A stretch of 57,001 nucleotides of DNA from Ruditapes philippinarum (lineage: Eukaryota): NCBI RefSeq assembly GCF_026571515.1, contig NW_026862297.1, positions 1 through 57,001 of the forward strand, given 5' to 3'. Positions 38,701 to 51,607 of the stretch are shown here, one piece after another. Within the stretch, counting starts at the first letter, position 1. Each line of letters opens with the position of its first letter. The position numbers were made by a program, and so were the translations under genes. The notes under the pieces were generated by a model. The model searched no databases and had not been told where the DNA came from. It saw nothing but the letters and a program-made list of their open reading frames with translations.

Positions 38701-40457
38701 AGCTATAAAGCAAAATTATTTCAAAGCATTTAGGTTTGTGCTATGTAAGAAACCCTCTTGCATCTCACTAAAAGCGTATCATATCTTTATTCAGTTACAC
38801 AACTGAAACTTGACTGCAAAATATGTAAACGTTCAAGTATCAATGTGAATTAAGACTTAACCTTTATACAAACTAACATATGGAATTATTTCTTCACCAA
38901 AAAGGAATAAATCTAATTAATGAAAATAGTTCAGTCAGACTTCCCATTTCCCCTTTTATGATACTAAAGTTACATCATCCATTATTTTAATCGTTGTGTA
39001 AGTAAATTGGACTAACCTGTCTTTCTTAAGCTGCACAAGTCTTGTTCTCAGCTCTGCTAAAGTTTCTGTGACATCTATTTTAGCCGACACGTTTGAAGGA
39101 TGCCTCTTTACTGACGTCATTTTTCCAACTGAGCATGTTTAACCATCAATTACTAAATTTGACTCTTCATTATTATCACATTTTGAATCACTTGTTACTT
39201 GTTCATTGTCATTTTCATCAAAACTTGAGCAAAGAAAGTCAGATTCTTTTCCCATAGTTGTTTCATGTTCGGATTTAATTGGACTTATATCATTCTGTAT
39301 AGGACTGAACTCCACTGATTTTCTTTTAGTTATAGTCAATGACTCTGGATTATTACTGGTTAGTTCAGAAATTTTGTGTTCACCAGTTTCAGTAGATGTT
39401 TTACCAGTATTGTGCTGAATCTTCAATTCCGACATTATCTCATCTACTAAACTGCTGCCCCTTTTATTAGAGGAAATTCCAAATGTATCAATTTCAAAGT
39501 CAAAGAATAAATTATCATCATCTCTATATCTATTTGCGTCATCACTTTTTCTACAGTTTTCATTAGACTTGCTGCAATTACTCACGCTTCCTGTTGTTGG
39601 TGATAATGAAGATCCAGTTACACTGGGTCTTTTCACCTGAGTATAAATAGCACCAGTTTCACACACACTAACTCGTGGAAGACTAGAATCTGTGAAACAA
39701 GGATGTACTTTTGGAGAGTTTCTGTTTCTATCTAATGAGTTAAATCTGTCTTCAGTTGATTCTGAGGAACATATTCCACAATCACGGTTCTCATGACCGT
39801 CTGATCTTGTCTGTTCATCAGGCAATGATGCTGATGATTGTCCACTTGGTTTAACAGATAACTATAATAAAAATAAATATTATTTAGAGAGAAAGATATT
39901 TTGCAGAATGATTTAGACTAAAGACCTTAAATCTTTTTTTCACAAGATAGATCCATATTTATCATTCCTTATATTCAAAAACCCAAAATCAAACGATAAC
40001 CATAAGAACAATTAATGAAAAATATTCTATATGCATTTTTTTCTAATCATTGAAAATCATTTTCTTCCTTTTTCCTTTATCTTTTAATTGTTTTGATTTG
40101 TTTGACTGTAAAATAAAAGATCAATATTAGTGTTGTAAAAGTAGTTGTTGTGTGTTTACATTTCAAGTTACGTTTAGTTTCAGTTTCAGTTTGGTTTTAG
40201 ACCAATTTCAACACATCATTTCTCATATCTCGGTTGGGTGTAAGTGCACCTTACAGGCTTTACTGGATAAAAATAAATTTCAACTTGTAAATTGTGTGAC
40301 TTACATAAGAAGATCTATTGATAGGATCAGGTACTCGAGTTATCTCAACAGCTTCATGATAAGGATGCGTATCATCCATATAGCCCTCCAATCCTTCAGG
40401 TGTTTTCTGTGTACTAGTTTCCTGCATCAGAACTCGAAGCCAGGAACCAAGCTCCGT

Positions 40458-40606
40458 CCAATTAATTGGCTAAATAACAAAATAATAATACATGTCCAAT
40501 TAACTGGCTAAATAACAAATAATAATACACTTCCAATTAATTGGCTACATAACAAATGAATAATACATGTCAAATTAATTGGCTAAATAACAAAATAATA
40601 ATACAC
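40458..40606. repeat. Four tandem 37-38-bp repeats, each containing the splice acceptor of the exon at 40469 (paralog at about 54467-54616)
   Basis: Unit CCAATTAATTGGCTAAATAACAAAATAATAATACATGT starts at 40458, 40496, 40533 and 40571. Confidence 0.9.
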
Positions 40607-41459
40607 AAATACACCTCTTATTCAAGATTGCCTAACATAGATAAAAATGAATCCCTTAAGAACGTCCAAAACGGAAACATTAAAAATGTTGCAGGCTCAA
40701 TTTGATTTAGCATGTTCATGAATGGTACTTGAAAGTGCTACTGTCCACAGTAAAACTTTTTTACCAAACCTAGTATACTAAACTTGATCTTGGGTTTAAT
40801 ACATAAATACTTCACTTATCGAATTAATGGTTTTAACCAGGCAAGTGTCCTATTTTTTGAACCAGTTTATCCCTATTACTCAAAAGTAACAGCAAATATC
40901 ACATAGAAATTACATTTCAGAAGCATAATGCATGTTGTATGTGTCCAATACCGGTATTTAAGATACATACGAGTATTGTGTAAAATCTATGACTTCGACA
41001 AAATAACAGCCTTTTAAACATTCATATCAATTTTATATCACTTAAGAGACATAGTCGTATATAACATATTTCAACAGAGTACTTTAAAATCTGTAGAAAT
41101 CAAAGTGCCATCAAATCTGCTCAAAACTCAAGACTTCCTTTCATTCACACATACCTCTATTGTTATTTTCTCCCTATTATTTTCCAGGATCATTAGACCA
41201 AGCTCGCTTTTTGTTTCCTTGATGGCTCGCTTTAATATACAATTCCTGAGAAGAAATTCCAACTCGCAAACTTCACTCGTTTGTGTCCGATAACATTCAA
41301 AATTGTTCTCATGTACAAGACACCAACGTTTTCCCCATTTACGCTTGTTAAAACTACTGTATACATCGACATAACCTAAAATAGATAATTAAGAATAATT
41401 TTAAAGTCTCTGTTCAATATAGTGGTGACTAAACTTGATCTATCATTGTATATGTTTAT

Positions 41460-41632
41460 AATCATTTTAAATAAAGTTAAATGTGATGTATAAAATCCGA
41501 ACTTTTATATAGCCTTGTATTGTAGTATTTCTAAATTTGATCTATCATTGTATATGTTTAGTTATACTACAATACAAGGCTATATAAAAGTTTGGATTTT
41601 ATACATCACATTCAACTCTATTTAAAATGATT
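41460..41632. repeat. 69-bp-arm inverted repeat in intron
   Basis: 41460-41528 is the near-perfect reverse complement of 41564-41632. Confidence 0.9.
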
Positions 41633-42705
41633 TTGCATACTATCATTATTATTATTTATAAGTTAGAAGAAAAGTAAAGACCACTAAAGTCAATAAGACA
41701 AAATTCCTTTGCTTATAGAGTTGTCAACTCATGGTACCTGTTTCCCGCTGAAACAGTTTTATTCAAGAATGTGCATGAATTTAAGTCAAATTTAGATAAA
41801 CACTGGCGGTGGAACAACAGAACTCGAATGGACTGATTAGTCTGTCCGTAAGGGACTAATAAAATTTCCCATACATCACAAGGTATCACAAGGAATAATA
41901 AATATCATTTTGCATAGATACATTGCATATATCAAAGTAATGAATGAATAATATTAATGAAAATATCTGGAAATTGCCTGCTACTTACCCTGATGTTTAA
42001 TTTGTTTTTTCATCTCCACAGGAGATTCAAAAACAGACTCTTCAATATAGGTTTCCGGGATGATTGTACTTGTTTTTTCTGACACTTCACTCAGGGACGT
42101 TTGAGAGCAAGATAACTGCCTAACCCTCTCAACAGATGGTGACCTTTCTGCACCAACACTGGCAGGTTTCCTGAAGGAGGACCTTTTACCGAGAGGTTCA
42201 AAGAATTGAGTGGCCTTGAAAGCAAACGCTCCCATTTTGACTGTCGTCACTCCTGACAGGTCTGAAAAGGACAAAAAACTTATGTTTAACTTTTATATAC
42301 TATGATCTTCATTCTCACTAAATAGGTCTTATTTGATTAAGAAAATGCCCAAACTATTCTTGGGGAACTTCATTCCCTATTACTGGTCAAGTTTATTTGA
42401 TCCACCAGTTTTTTATTGACAATAAGTTTACCTAACATGTGTAGAGTTCAAAACATAAATTATCATCTCAAAAAATAGTTATCTTACATTACAAAAAGAG
42501 ACTGCATAAGAATTATCAAACAATTTCAAATGTTAGCAAAAATGACTAGGATTTAGATTCAAAACATAATTATGCTTCTTGACATGCGCTATTATACATT
42601 ATTTGGATTTTATTTTCCAGCACTTGCTTATTTTCTATTTTGCTGATCAAGTAAATGAATTATGTAGCAAGTGTTCAGAACTGGGCTATCTTAGGTTCTA
42701 GGTCT

Positions 42706-45700
42706 TAATTGAGAGACGTCACTTGTCTTGCAAAATGACTTACTTTCAAAACTTTTAAGAAATGAAACAAACTATTATCATGCATTCATAATATGCCTTT
42801 TTTTGTATGACATAATGTTCAATTTTGTCTGACCCCCTAAAAAGTGAGAAAACGAAAAGCACCTACCCTTCCTTTTCACTTTGTCTGTTCCAGGCTCAAC
42901 TTCAAAACCATCTGAACTTACAAGTAAGGCATTAGTATTCGATAACTGAACATTACTATGAAAGGAAATTACTTCATAATTGGTAAATCTTTTGAATAAA
43001 GGATTGATCTGTATCAAGACTGTTATATTATAACCTCCATGAATCAGTTCATTTATAGGAAGACATATCATCTTTTGTTTTGGTAGGTTCGTCGAATTTT
43101 CTGTCTACAGACAACATTGCCTATATTAACATTTTCTCGAAAAGCATGAGCTTTCATACTTAGACACAACATTCCTATGAATAAGATATTCATTTAAATG
43201 TCATGAAGTATGACATTGATACTTAAAAGACATAAACTGCCAAAACTTTCACAATCATTTTCATCATTTATATTTTCTTCAATTTACTGACATATATTGT
43301 TTCAACATATACTTGTTCTTAACAATTCCTATTGGAACTAACATAACATTTCTTTTCCAGTAATGTTCATAGCCATTGTATTTATTCAATCATCAAAACA
43401 AGTAAAAGGAAGATAACCCATTACTTTACATAATAATAATATAATAATAAATACCACATTTATATAGCGCCCTTTTCATTAAAATGTTCAAAGGCGCTTT
43501 ACATCAATCATATATGTCTAAAACAATATAAATGAACAGGATTATGAACATTAAAAATATTTTGCATTAACTAATTAAAAGTATAAATTATGGAATTATT
43601 TTTACATATTAATACAATATAACTTAAAGATCCTTAAAACTCACTTTACAATATTATTGTCATACATTAAAAATTGTCTTCAATATATAATAATAGATAA
43701 GATCTTGCTAAATCATCATTATGAAACAATAGAAATACTAAATTGATTTAAAAATTGTTTGTTTAAAAAAAAATAAAACTTTTTAATAAAACTAATATTC
43801 AAATAACAGATACTTCGTATTCACTGTTTATAAAATTCATTCATAACAGTCACTGATTATTTTCCATAAGCTAAATTGAAGTAGTGTGTTTTAAGATGTT
43901 TTTTGAAACTTTCTACTGTGTTACAGTTTTTTAGATGACTTGGTAGTGAATTCCATAGCTTAGGAGCTGATGCCGAAAAACTCCTTTCACCAAATTTCAG
44001 TTTAGTTTTTGGTTGCACTAATCGTACAGGTGCATTTGAAGAGCGCAGATTTCGGGAAGTGGAATAAACTTGAATCATTTCCTGCATATATGATGGAGAT
44101 TGTTGTTTCAGTGACTTGAAAGTATGTAATAAGATCTTGTAATTCACTCTATATTCGATTGGCAGCCAATGAAGATCTTTCATCACTGGTGTAATATGAT
44201 CTTTCCTAGATGTACGTTTAATCACACGGGCTGAAGTATTTTGAACAAGTTGAATTTTTTTCATGGTTTGTTGAGGTATACCATATAGAAGAGCATTGCA
44301 ATAATCCAGTCTTGATGTCACGAGAGAGTTAACGAGTGTTTTTGTAGCTTCTTCGTTGATATATTTTCGAATACGTCCTATCTTACTTATTTGGGCATAC
44401 GAAGATCTGCACACGGAGCTAACATGATGTTCCATATTAACCCTTGAATCAAGGAATGCACCCAAATTCCTTACACTTGATGACTGTTTGATTTCAACTT
44501 GGTCCACATTGACAGTTATATTTTTTCACTGAGTCTGTATTGCTACCCGACGAAAAGACTATAAGTTCTGTTTTGTCTGAATTCAGTTGAGAATGTTGCT
44601 GTTCATCCAGAATGTTATTTCTTTTAAGCAGTTTGAGACAGAATCAAGTACAAGTTCAGTTTTGGTGTTGTCCAACGGTTTGAAAGAAATGTATATTTGA
44701 GAATCGTCAGCATAGAAAGTGACATTGCAGACCATGTTTTCGACAAATTTCGCCAACAGGTTTTTGTGAAAAAGTATGTAAAATTTTGGTCCTAATACAG
44801 AGCCCTGAGGACACTGTATGTCATATGCACAGGGTCAGATAGTTCTCCATCAATACGAACAGTCTGATAGCGACCACTGAGATAAGATCTACACCAAGCG
44901 AGCACTTTTCCAGTAAAACCAAAGTCACATTCGAGTCGATTAAGAAGAGTGTTGTGGTCAATCGTGTCAAAGGCAGCAGATAAATCGAGCATTACTAATA
45001 TTGTAACTTCGCCTTTGTCAAGAGATTGGAGAATGTCATTTTGCACTTTGATAAGTGCAGTTTCTGTGGAATGAAATTTCCTGTATGCAGATTGATTTGG
45101 TTCATGTAGATTGTTAGTGTTGAGAAACATATCAAACTGACAGTCAGCCGCAGATTCTAGAAGTTTTGAGTCATATGTTTCATTAACAACTGGTCTAAAG
45201 TTTTTCATAATTTCTTGATCCAAATTGTCTTTCTTTAATAGTGGTCTGATTATCGAAGTCTTATTGCGTGGAGGTACGTCGGCGGTGTAAAATGATAAGT
45301 TGAACATGTGCGTTAGATATGGTGATACTTCAAGTTTGCATTCTCTTAGGAGCCAAGTCGGTATCGGATCTAGTTCACATGATTTAGTAGATGACTTTGA
45401 TATGAGCTTAAGAACTTGCTCTTCTGTAATAACTTCAAATTCACTGAATGTTTCTTTAGGCTTTTGTATTTGAGTTGAATTAGATTCATTTGTTATATTA
45501 CATTCATTTTTAGATGCTATGTCAGATCTGATTTTTTCAATTTTGTTTTCAAGGAAATCACTAAAATCTTGAGCTAGTTCTTTAGCAGAAGTGTGTGATG
45601 GGAGCTTAACTTCAGGTTTGTTTCCGAGGAGATGATTTGTTACTTTGAAAATTTGTTTTTTGATCATTTACCACACGATTTTATTTTGTCTTTGTAATAT

Positions 45701-48700
45701 GTTTCACGAGATCTTTCAATTACATCATTTACAACTAAGCACTGACTTCTGTATATTTCATGATCTACAGTTAATTTTGATTCCTGCCATTTTCTTTCAA
45801 GTTTACGTTTAATGTGTTTCTCGTCATGTATTTCTTGATTGAACCACGGGCATTGGGGTCTGAGAACAATTGTTTTTGTTTTCTCAGGTGCATGTTTGTC
45901 TAACAAAGATGAAAGGACAGTGTGATATTTCTCTGATGCTTCTGCCATGCTGTCTGGTTTAGGACCAAAAAGTTCAGATGATCTAATATCTGCTTTGAAA
46001 TCTTCAATGTTTATATCACGAGATTTTCTGTATGTGACTGTTTTACGAATAGGTGGTGGTTTTTCGAAACATTAACTTTCATTAGGATAGCAAAATGGTC
46101 ACGTGTTACTTTTCCGTTTGAAGTTTTAAATCCAGGATCAGTTTTTTAATATCAGATACTACATTTTCATTTTCTTTGTTATGACTACATCTAAAATGTG
46201 TCCAGCTACATGTGTCGGTTCATTGACTAACTGTTTTAATCCAAATGTGTTAAGGATGGATAAGAAATTCTGCGCATCACGATTATCAAGTTTATCAATG
46301 TGAAAGTTTGTATCTCCTAGAAACACTGTGGTTTTGTCAGTTTCAGCATATTTCGACAGAAAATCAGGAAACTCATTGTTCAAGAATTTTGAAGTACTTA
46401 GGCCATTCGTTTTGGATGGAGGAGGTCTATATATTACAACAAGGCGGGTTGAAAAGTCACGAACACTAATGATACAGTCCATGAATTCGAATTGTTCAAA
46501 GTCTCCATCTTTACTTGACGAGTCAATTTTGATTTTTATTGAGGTCTTGTGAAGAATGGCAACACCACCACCTTCTCTCTTTAATCTAGGAACATGAGAG
46601 ATTTTATAACCGTCAGGCACAAGTTCACTAAGACACACTTTTGTCTACTTTACTCCCAAGCCAGGTCTCTGTTATAACCAACATGTCAAGGTCATTGGAA
46701 ATAATAAAGTCATAGATGGCTAACGTTTTATTTTTAACTGATCTGCAGTTTATCAAACATATTGACATATATTTTGAACCACTGACTGTAGTGTTAGAAA
46801 TTTGGTTTAACTTGAATCAAATTTTCCTTAATCAACTTTTCTCCTGGTTTTATGTTCGACCCCCTGTAATTTACTGTTTGATTCAACTGTAGGTATAATT
46901 TGATTAAGTGTTTTCAGATTATTCAGGTGAATGCCTTGATTTGTATCCCATTCTCTTCTTTTTATTATTTTGTCCACCTTTAGAATTTCTATATTGAAAA
47001 AGATTATAATCCTTTAAAGTTTGAAATGGTATCATTACTTAATCCATGTTGCCTTCGGGGTGGTTTTGCTAGTTTTAACAATTGATCTCTATTGTATCGT
47101 ATAAAGCACATTGTTGTCTATTTTATATCCAGGTTTAAAATTTATATCACCATACATGTATATTTACAAAATATTGTCTTCTAACTATATATATATCCAA
47201 TTGTTTGATATCAGAATCCAATTAGGAAATGAAATATCCAAGGATTATTCACACACAATATTTCTAATATACTAATAAGACACTATGCAATTTTCCAGCA
47301 AAATCTACTTATTCGTTAAAGCACAATAAATTAAATTTAAGGAGCACAAATTTTCGCAGCCTTACACTTAGGCGCACTTCTCTATATGATATTTCCGATA
47401 AGAGTTTGCTACCATTAAATTCCGTGCGTTAGTTTAACTCAACAAGGATGTTGTGTTTAGAACTGGATAAAGCATGTATGTCCCATCAAATTTGAACATT
47501 TCATGCTTTATTTAATATATTAGTAAACACGTCTAGTTTGATGTGATGTGTACTCAGGAGGTATGTGTTTCACTTTTTTGCAAAAAGTCGATTATATTGT
47601 TTAGATATTAGAATTATACACTTTTCCATTGACTAACGTTGTAACCAGGCCATTTCAAAATGGACTTGGTCATATTCGCATTATTTAGGGTTCGTCACAC
47701 AATTAGCATGACATGTTCTCGGTTACTATAAAAATTTGATTAGCAAACAATGGCATTTTAAAAACGTCGTCCATTTATCAGGTTTTCTCAACTCGACATC
47801 TCTATAATATTTGGATGTGGCAAAACAGCCTCGTTTTCATGACCTGATATATTTTTCCACGATTCAAATTATTTTAAATTCTCCACATAGTACTGTAAAA
47901 GATACTATTTGCTAAAAACAATGCTATATTGTTGTACGTTTTAATTGAGAGACGGTCACTTAGCTTGCAGAATGACCTACTTTCAAAACTTTTAAGAAAT
48001 GAACCAAATTCATGTCGGAACTATTATCATGCATATGCCTTTTTGTATGACATAATGTTCAATTTTGTCTGGCCCCCTAAAAAGTTAGAAAACGAAAATC
48101 ACCTACCCTTCCTTTCCACTTTGTCTGTTCCAGGATCAACTTCAAAACCATCTGAACTTACAAGTAAGGCATTAGTATTCGATAACTGAACATTACTATG
48201 AAAGGAAATTTCTTCATAATTGGTAAATCTTTTGAATAAAGGATTGATCTGTATCAAGACTTATATATTATAATTACCATGAATCAGTTCATTTATAAGA
48301 AGACATATCATCTTTTGTTTTGGTAGGTTCATCGAATTTTCTGTCTTCAGACAACATTGCCTATATTAACATTTTCTCGAAAAGCATGAGCTTTCATACT
48401 AAGACACAACATTCCTATGAATAAGATACTCATTTAAATGTCATGAAGTATGACATTGATACTTAAAAGACATAAACTGCCAAAACTTTCACAATCATTT
48501 TCATCATTTATATTTTCTTCAATTTACTGACATATATTGTTTCAACATATACTTGTTCTTAACAATTCCTATTGGAACTAACATAACATTTCTTTTCCAG
48601 TAATGTTCATAGCCATTGTATTTATTCAATCATTAAAACAAGTAAAAGAAAGATAACCCATGACTTTACATATGATACGTCCGATAAGAGTTTGCTTGCG

Positions 48701-49206
48701 TTAGTTTAACTCAACAAGGATATTGTGTTTAAAACTGGATAAAGCATGTATGTCCCAACAAATTTGAACATTTCATGCTTTATTTAATATATTAGTAAAC
48801 AAGTCTAGTTTGATGTGATGTGTACTCAGGAGGCATGTGTTTCACTTTTTTGCAAAAAGTCGATTATATTGTTAAGATATTAGAATTATACTCTTTTCCG
48901 TTGACTAACGTTGTAACCAGGCCATTTCAAAATGGACTTGGCCATACTCGCGTCATTTAGGGTTCGTCACACAATTAGCATGACATGTTCTCGGTTACTA
49001 TAAAAATTTGATTAGCAAACAATGACATTTTAAAATAGTCGTCCATTTATCAGGTTTTCTCAACTCGACATCTCTATAATATTTGGATGTGGCAAAACAG
49101 CCTCTGATATATTTTTCCACGATTCAAATTATTTTAAATTCTCTACATAGTACTGTAAAAGATACTATTTGCTAAAAAAATGCTATATTGTTGTACGTTT
49201 CAATTG
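42706..49206. repeat. Local tandem duplication of about 1.26 kb (copy A split by the L2 LINE: 42706-43430 + 47384-47946; copy B 47942-49206)
   Basis: Direct homology between the copies; the junction shares the microhomology AATTG. Confidence 0.88.
43431..47383 (-). mobile_element. L2-clade LINE, near full-length ORF2 (APE endonuclease + RT) broken by several frameshifts
   Basis: APE start CLINCRSVKNK..ITETWL (about 46760); VIYRPP, GDTNFH, THVAGHILD; KSCELDPIP, QSAYRKFHSTETAL, LDLSAAFDTIDH; YADD at about 44705; SRLDYCN..LHWLPI. The 3' end is a stem-loop plus (TTA)n tail. Empty site CTTTACA|TATGATA at about 48664-48677. Confidence 0.93.
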
Positions 49207-49319
49207 TGTGTATATATAAATTCCGACTTTTGTTAATTTAGATTTTCATAGTTTCATATTAAGCTTCTATTTTATTATTCATATTGTCTATAAGTAATTG
49301 TTGGCAATATTTGTCTTAA

Positions 49320-49909
49320 CCCTTTACCTCTTATATACGCGAAACAACGCACTTTTGATCCCCCCTCCCCTCTTTTAGGCCTCAAATATTGAAAAAATGT
49401 CATGTTTGGGCCCAAAACACATGTTTTCGTTTGAGAATTGATTAAAAAAGTGATCATTTTTTTCGGCGCTGATCCCCATTAAAAAGGTACATCAGGGGGT
49501 TGCCAGAAGGGGGATGTGCCCCTTCTGTTTGGGGGGTTTGAATGGGGGGGCGGTAGTCCTCCTCATCGCCAAGAAAATGTTGGACTTGTGAGAGGCTGAA
49601 AATGGCCCCAGGTCGATCATAAGGTAACATGTAACTAACGCTGAAAAGCGTTTGACTCTATCTGAATCCATTGAGAAGTTGCAGCACTTTGAAATCAATT
49701 TTGATGGTAAAAATCTACGCAAAATAGTGATTTTTGGCAATTTTGAGATGTCCCCTCATTGCCATGGCAACAGAAAATAAAAGACTGAGCATGTTGTTAC
49801 AAAGGCAATTGTCTAGTCAACATTTGTGCCAAGTTTGATTAGCATTGAAGCAGTTTTTATAGTTTTATAGAAATTTGAGCTTTTCACAAAATGCTCATGC
49901 AGTAATGGG
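49320..49909. mobile_element. Putative non-autonomous piggyBac-like element
   Basis: TTAA|CCCTTTAC ... GTAATGGG|TTAA (7/8 TIR match, TTAA on both sides); GC-richer interior; not recognisable in the paralogous block. Confidence 0.55.
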
Positions 49910-51607
49910 TTAATTCAGGAAAATAACTTTATCTGATCAAGATATGAAAGAAACTTTCAATCAGTGAAACATTTTCAAACTTCTTTTATGTTTGTTTAAA
50001 TAGAATGCATGCATTTTAACTTAAATGTGTTCAATGGATAGGCTACCATAGTTGATGGATGTTTTTTATAATGACTCTAGCTAAATATATCAATGTTATG
50101 ACAATGATTTTCTTGACAACCTCTTTTGAATTTATCTTTAAGTTAGTATGTGTTTATTGTTAGAATCATGTTTTGCAATATTTTTCACTTACTTTTTATC
50201 GCATACAGATATATATGGTTTATAGTCCCTTTTTTATTTAATCACAAGCTAATGAATGAATAACTTTACATTGTGAATATATAAGCAGGTTATTCAAAAA
50301 TAAACCAAACAAGTTTTGTGTATAACAATTGTATTGAAGAGCGTTACACATGTTATTTTAACGTTTGATAAAACACAAGAGCACAAATAATTGTAAAATA
50401 CCCATTAAACGAGTATAAATGATAAATTGTAACATAGACATAAATTGTTTATATTAACGTAAGATTAACCAACAATAGATTAAAAATTCATAGACGTTTT
50501 GTAACAGAATATACAAAACGAGCATACTTCGATTTAAAATTCATTTTATATTATAAACTATTATTTCAGATATGTCATCAATATTTAAAAATGGATTATT
50601 CAAATAAAATTTTAAAAAAGCAAAAACCATGTGTTTACTTTTGTTTTCTATTATGATTTAGTAAAGTACCTTCATTTGAAACAAGAATTAATCCCCAGCA
50701 CGTTATTACTCTGATCAAATTTTAAACGCTAAAAATTATAAGAACTAATAAAAAAGCCCTTGAATTATGTAAGCGAACTTAATTAATTAAAAATACTGTC
50801 AATTTAGCAGTTTTTATGTCGAACTACATGATTATCTAAAATTAGCTTCCATCAAATACTTTAATATTCTGGACAAATACATAACTTTTAGTCAGTTCAA
50901 GATAAACAGTCATATGGATAAATGGAATTATGGCAGTAAATTTATAGTCAAGAACAACAATAGGTGGGTGCCTCTTTGAAAAACAAATAATTTACATTTC
51001 GTGCCTCTTTGAAAAACAAATCATTTACATTTCACATCATCGTTGGATACATAAATAAAATTTATCGTCCTTCTAATGATTACAGTTCTGTAAAACTTAT
51101 AATTTGTAATCTTGGTCGCGTAAAGGTTTCGTTTACTGTTAATATCAAAATTTTATGAAACTGAACTTTAGCATATCCATTAAACTTTACATTGTTATAT
51201 AAGCCATTGGTGTTAAAACTTCAAATTTGAATTTACTATATAGAAATTTTTCACAAGTTTGTGCTATAAATATGCTAAAATGTCATAAATATAAAGTCTT
51301 AACAAAATAAAAAGGTTGTGATTTAAATCTAAAGTTTAAAAAAATTAAATATCATATTCAGTGTACTCATACATCTTCAAATACATCGCACTTACATTTC
51401 TAAGAAGAAATAAATGTAATATGCATACAGTGATAAAACATCTGATTGACATGATCTTAAAATTAACATTCTGTAACTTCTTATTAAATAAATATTTAGG
51501 CCAGTAGTAGAACAAGAATTTTATTCTATTTCAGATTTGACTTCTTTGTTATCAAAATTATTAGAATCCTTATTTGCTTTGAAAGGTTCAGCTACATTTG
51601 GCACACT

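Larger units (their letters stand above)
37476..42261 (-). pseudogene. Apparently 5'-truncated pseudogene copy of a PH-domain/coiled-coil gene; exons 42261-41989, 41375-41155, 40469-40305, 39861-39017, 38417-37476
   Basis: Spliced translation gives the PH signature KHQGYVDVY..KWGKRWCLVHENNFECY..ELGSWLRVL. In-frame TAA at 39139-39141 and 38339-38341, plus a 1-nt deletion near 38296 relative to the paralog. No upstream exons recognisable. Confidence 0.8.

Noticed and set aside
40458-40606. Palindromic 37-38-bp repeats resembling a CRISPR array
   Set aside because: Units are contiguous with no unique spacers, there are no cas genes, and the context is a eukaryotic intron.
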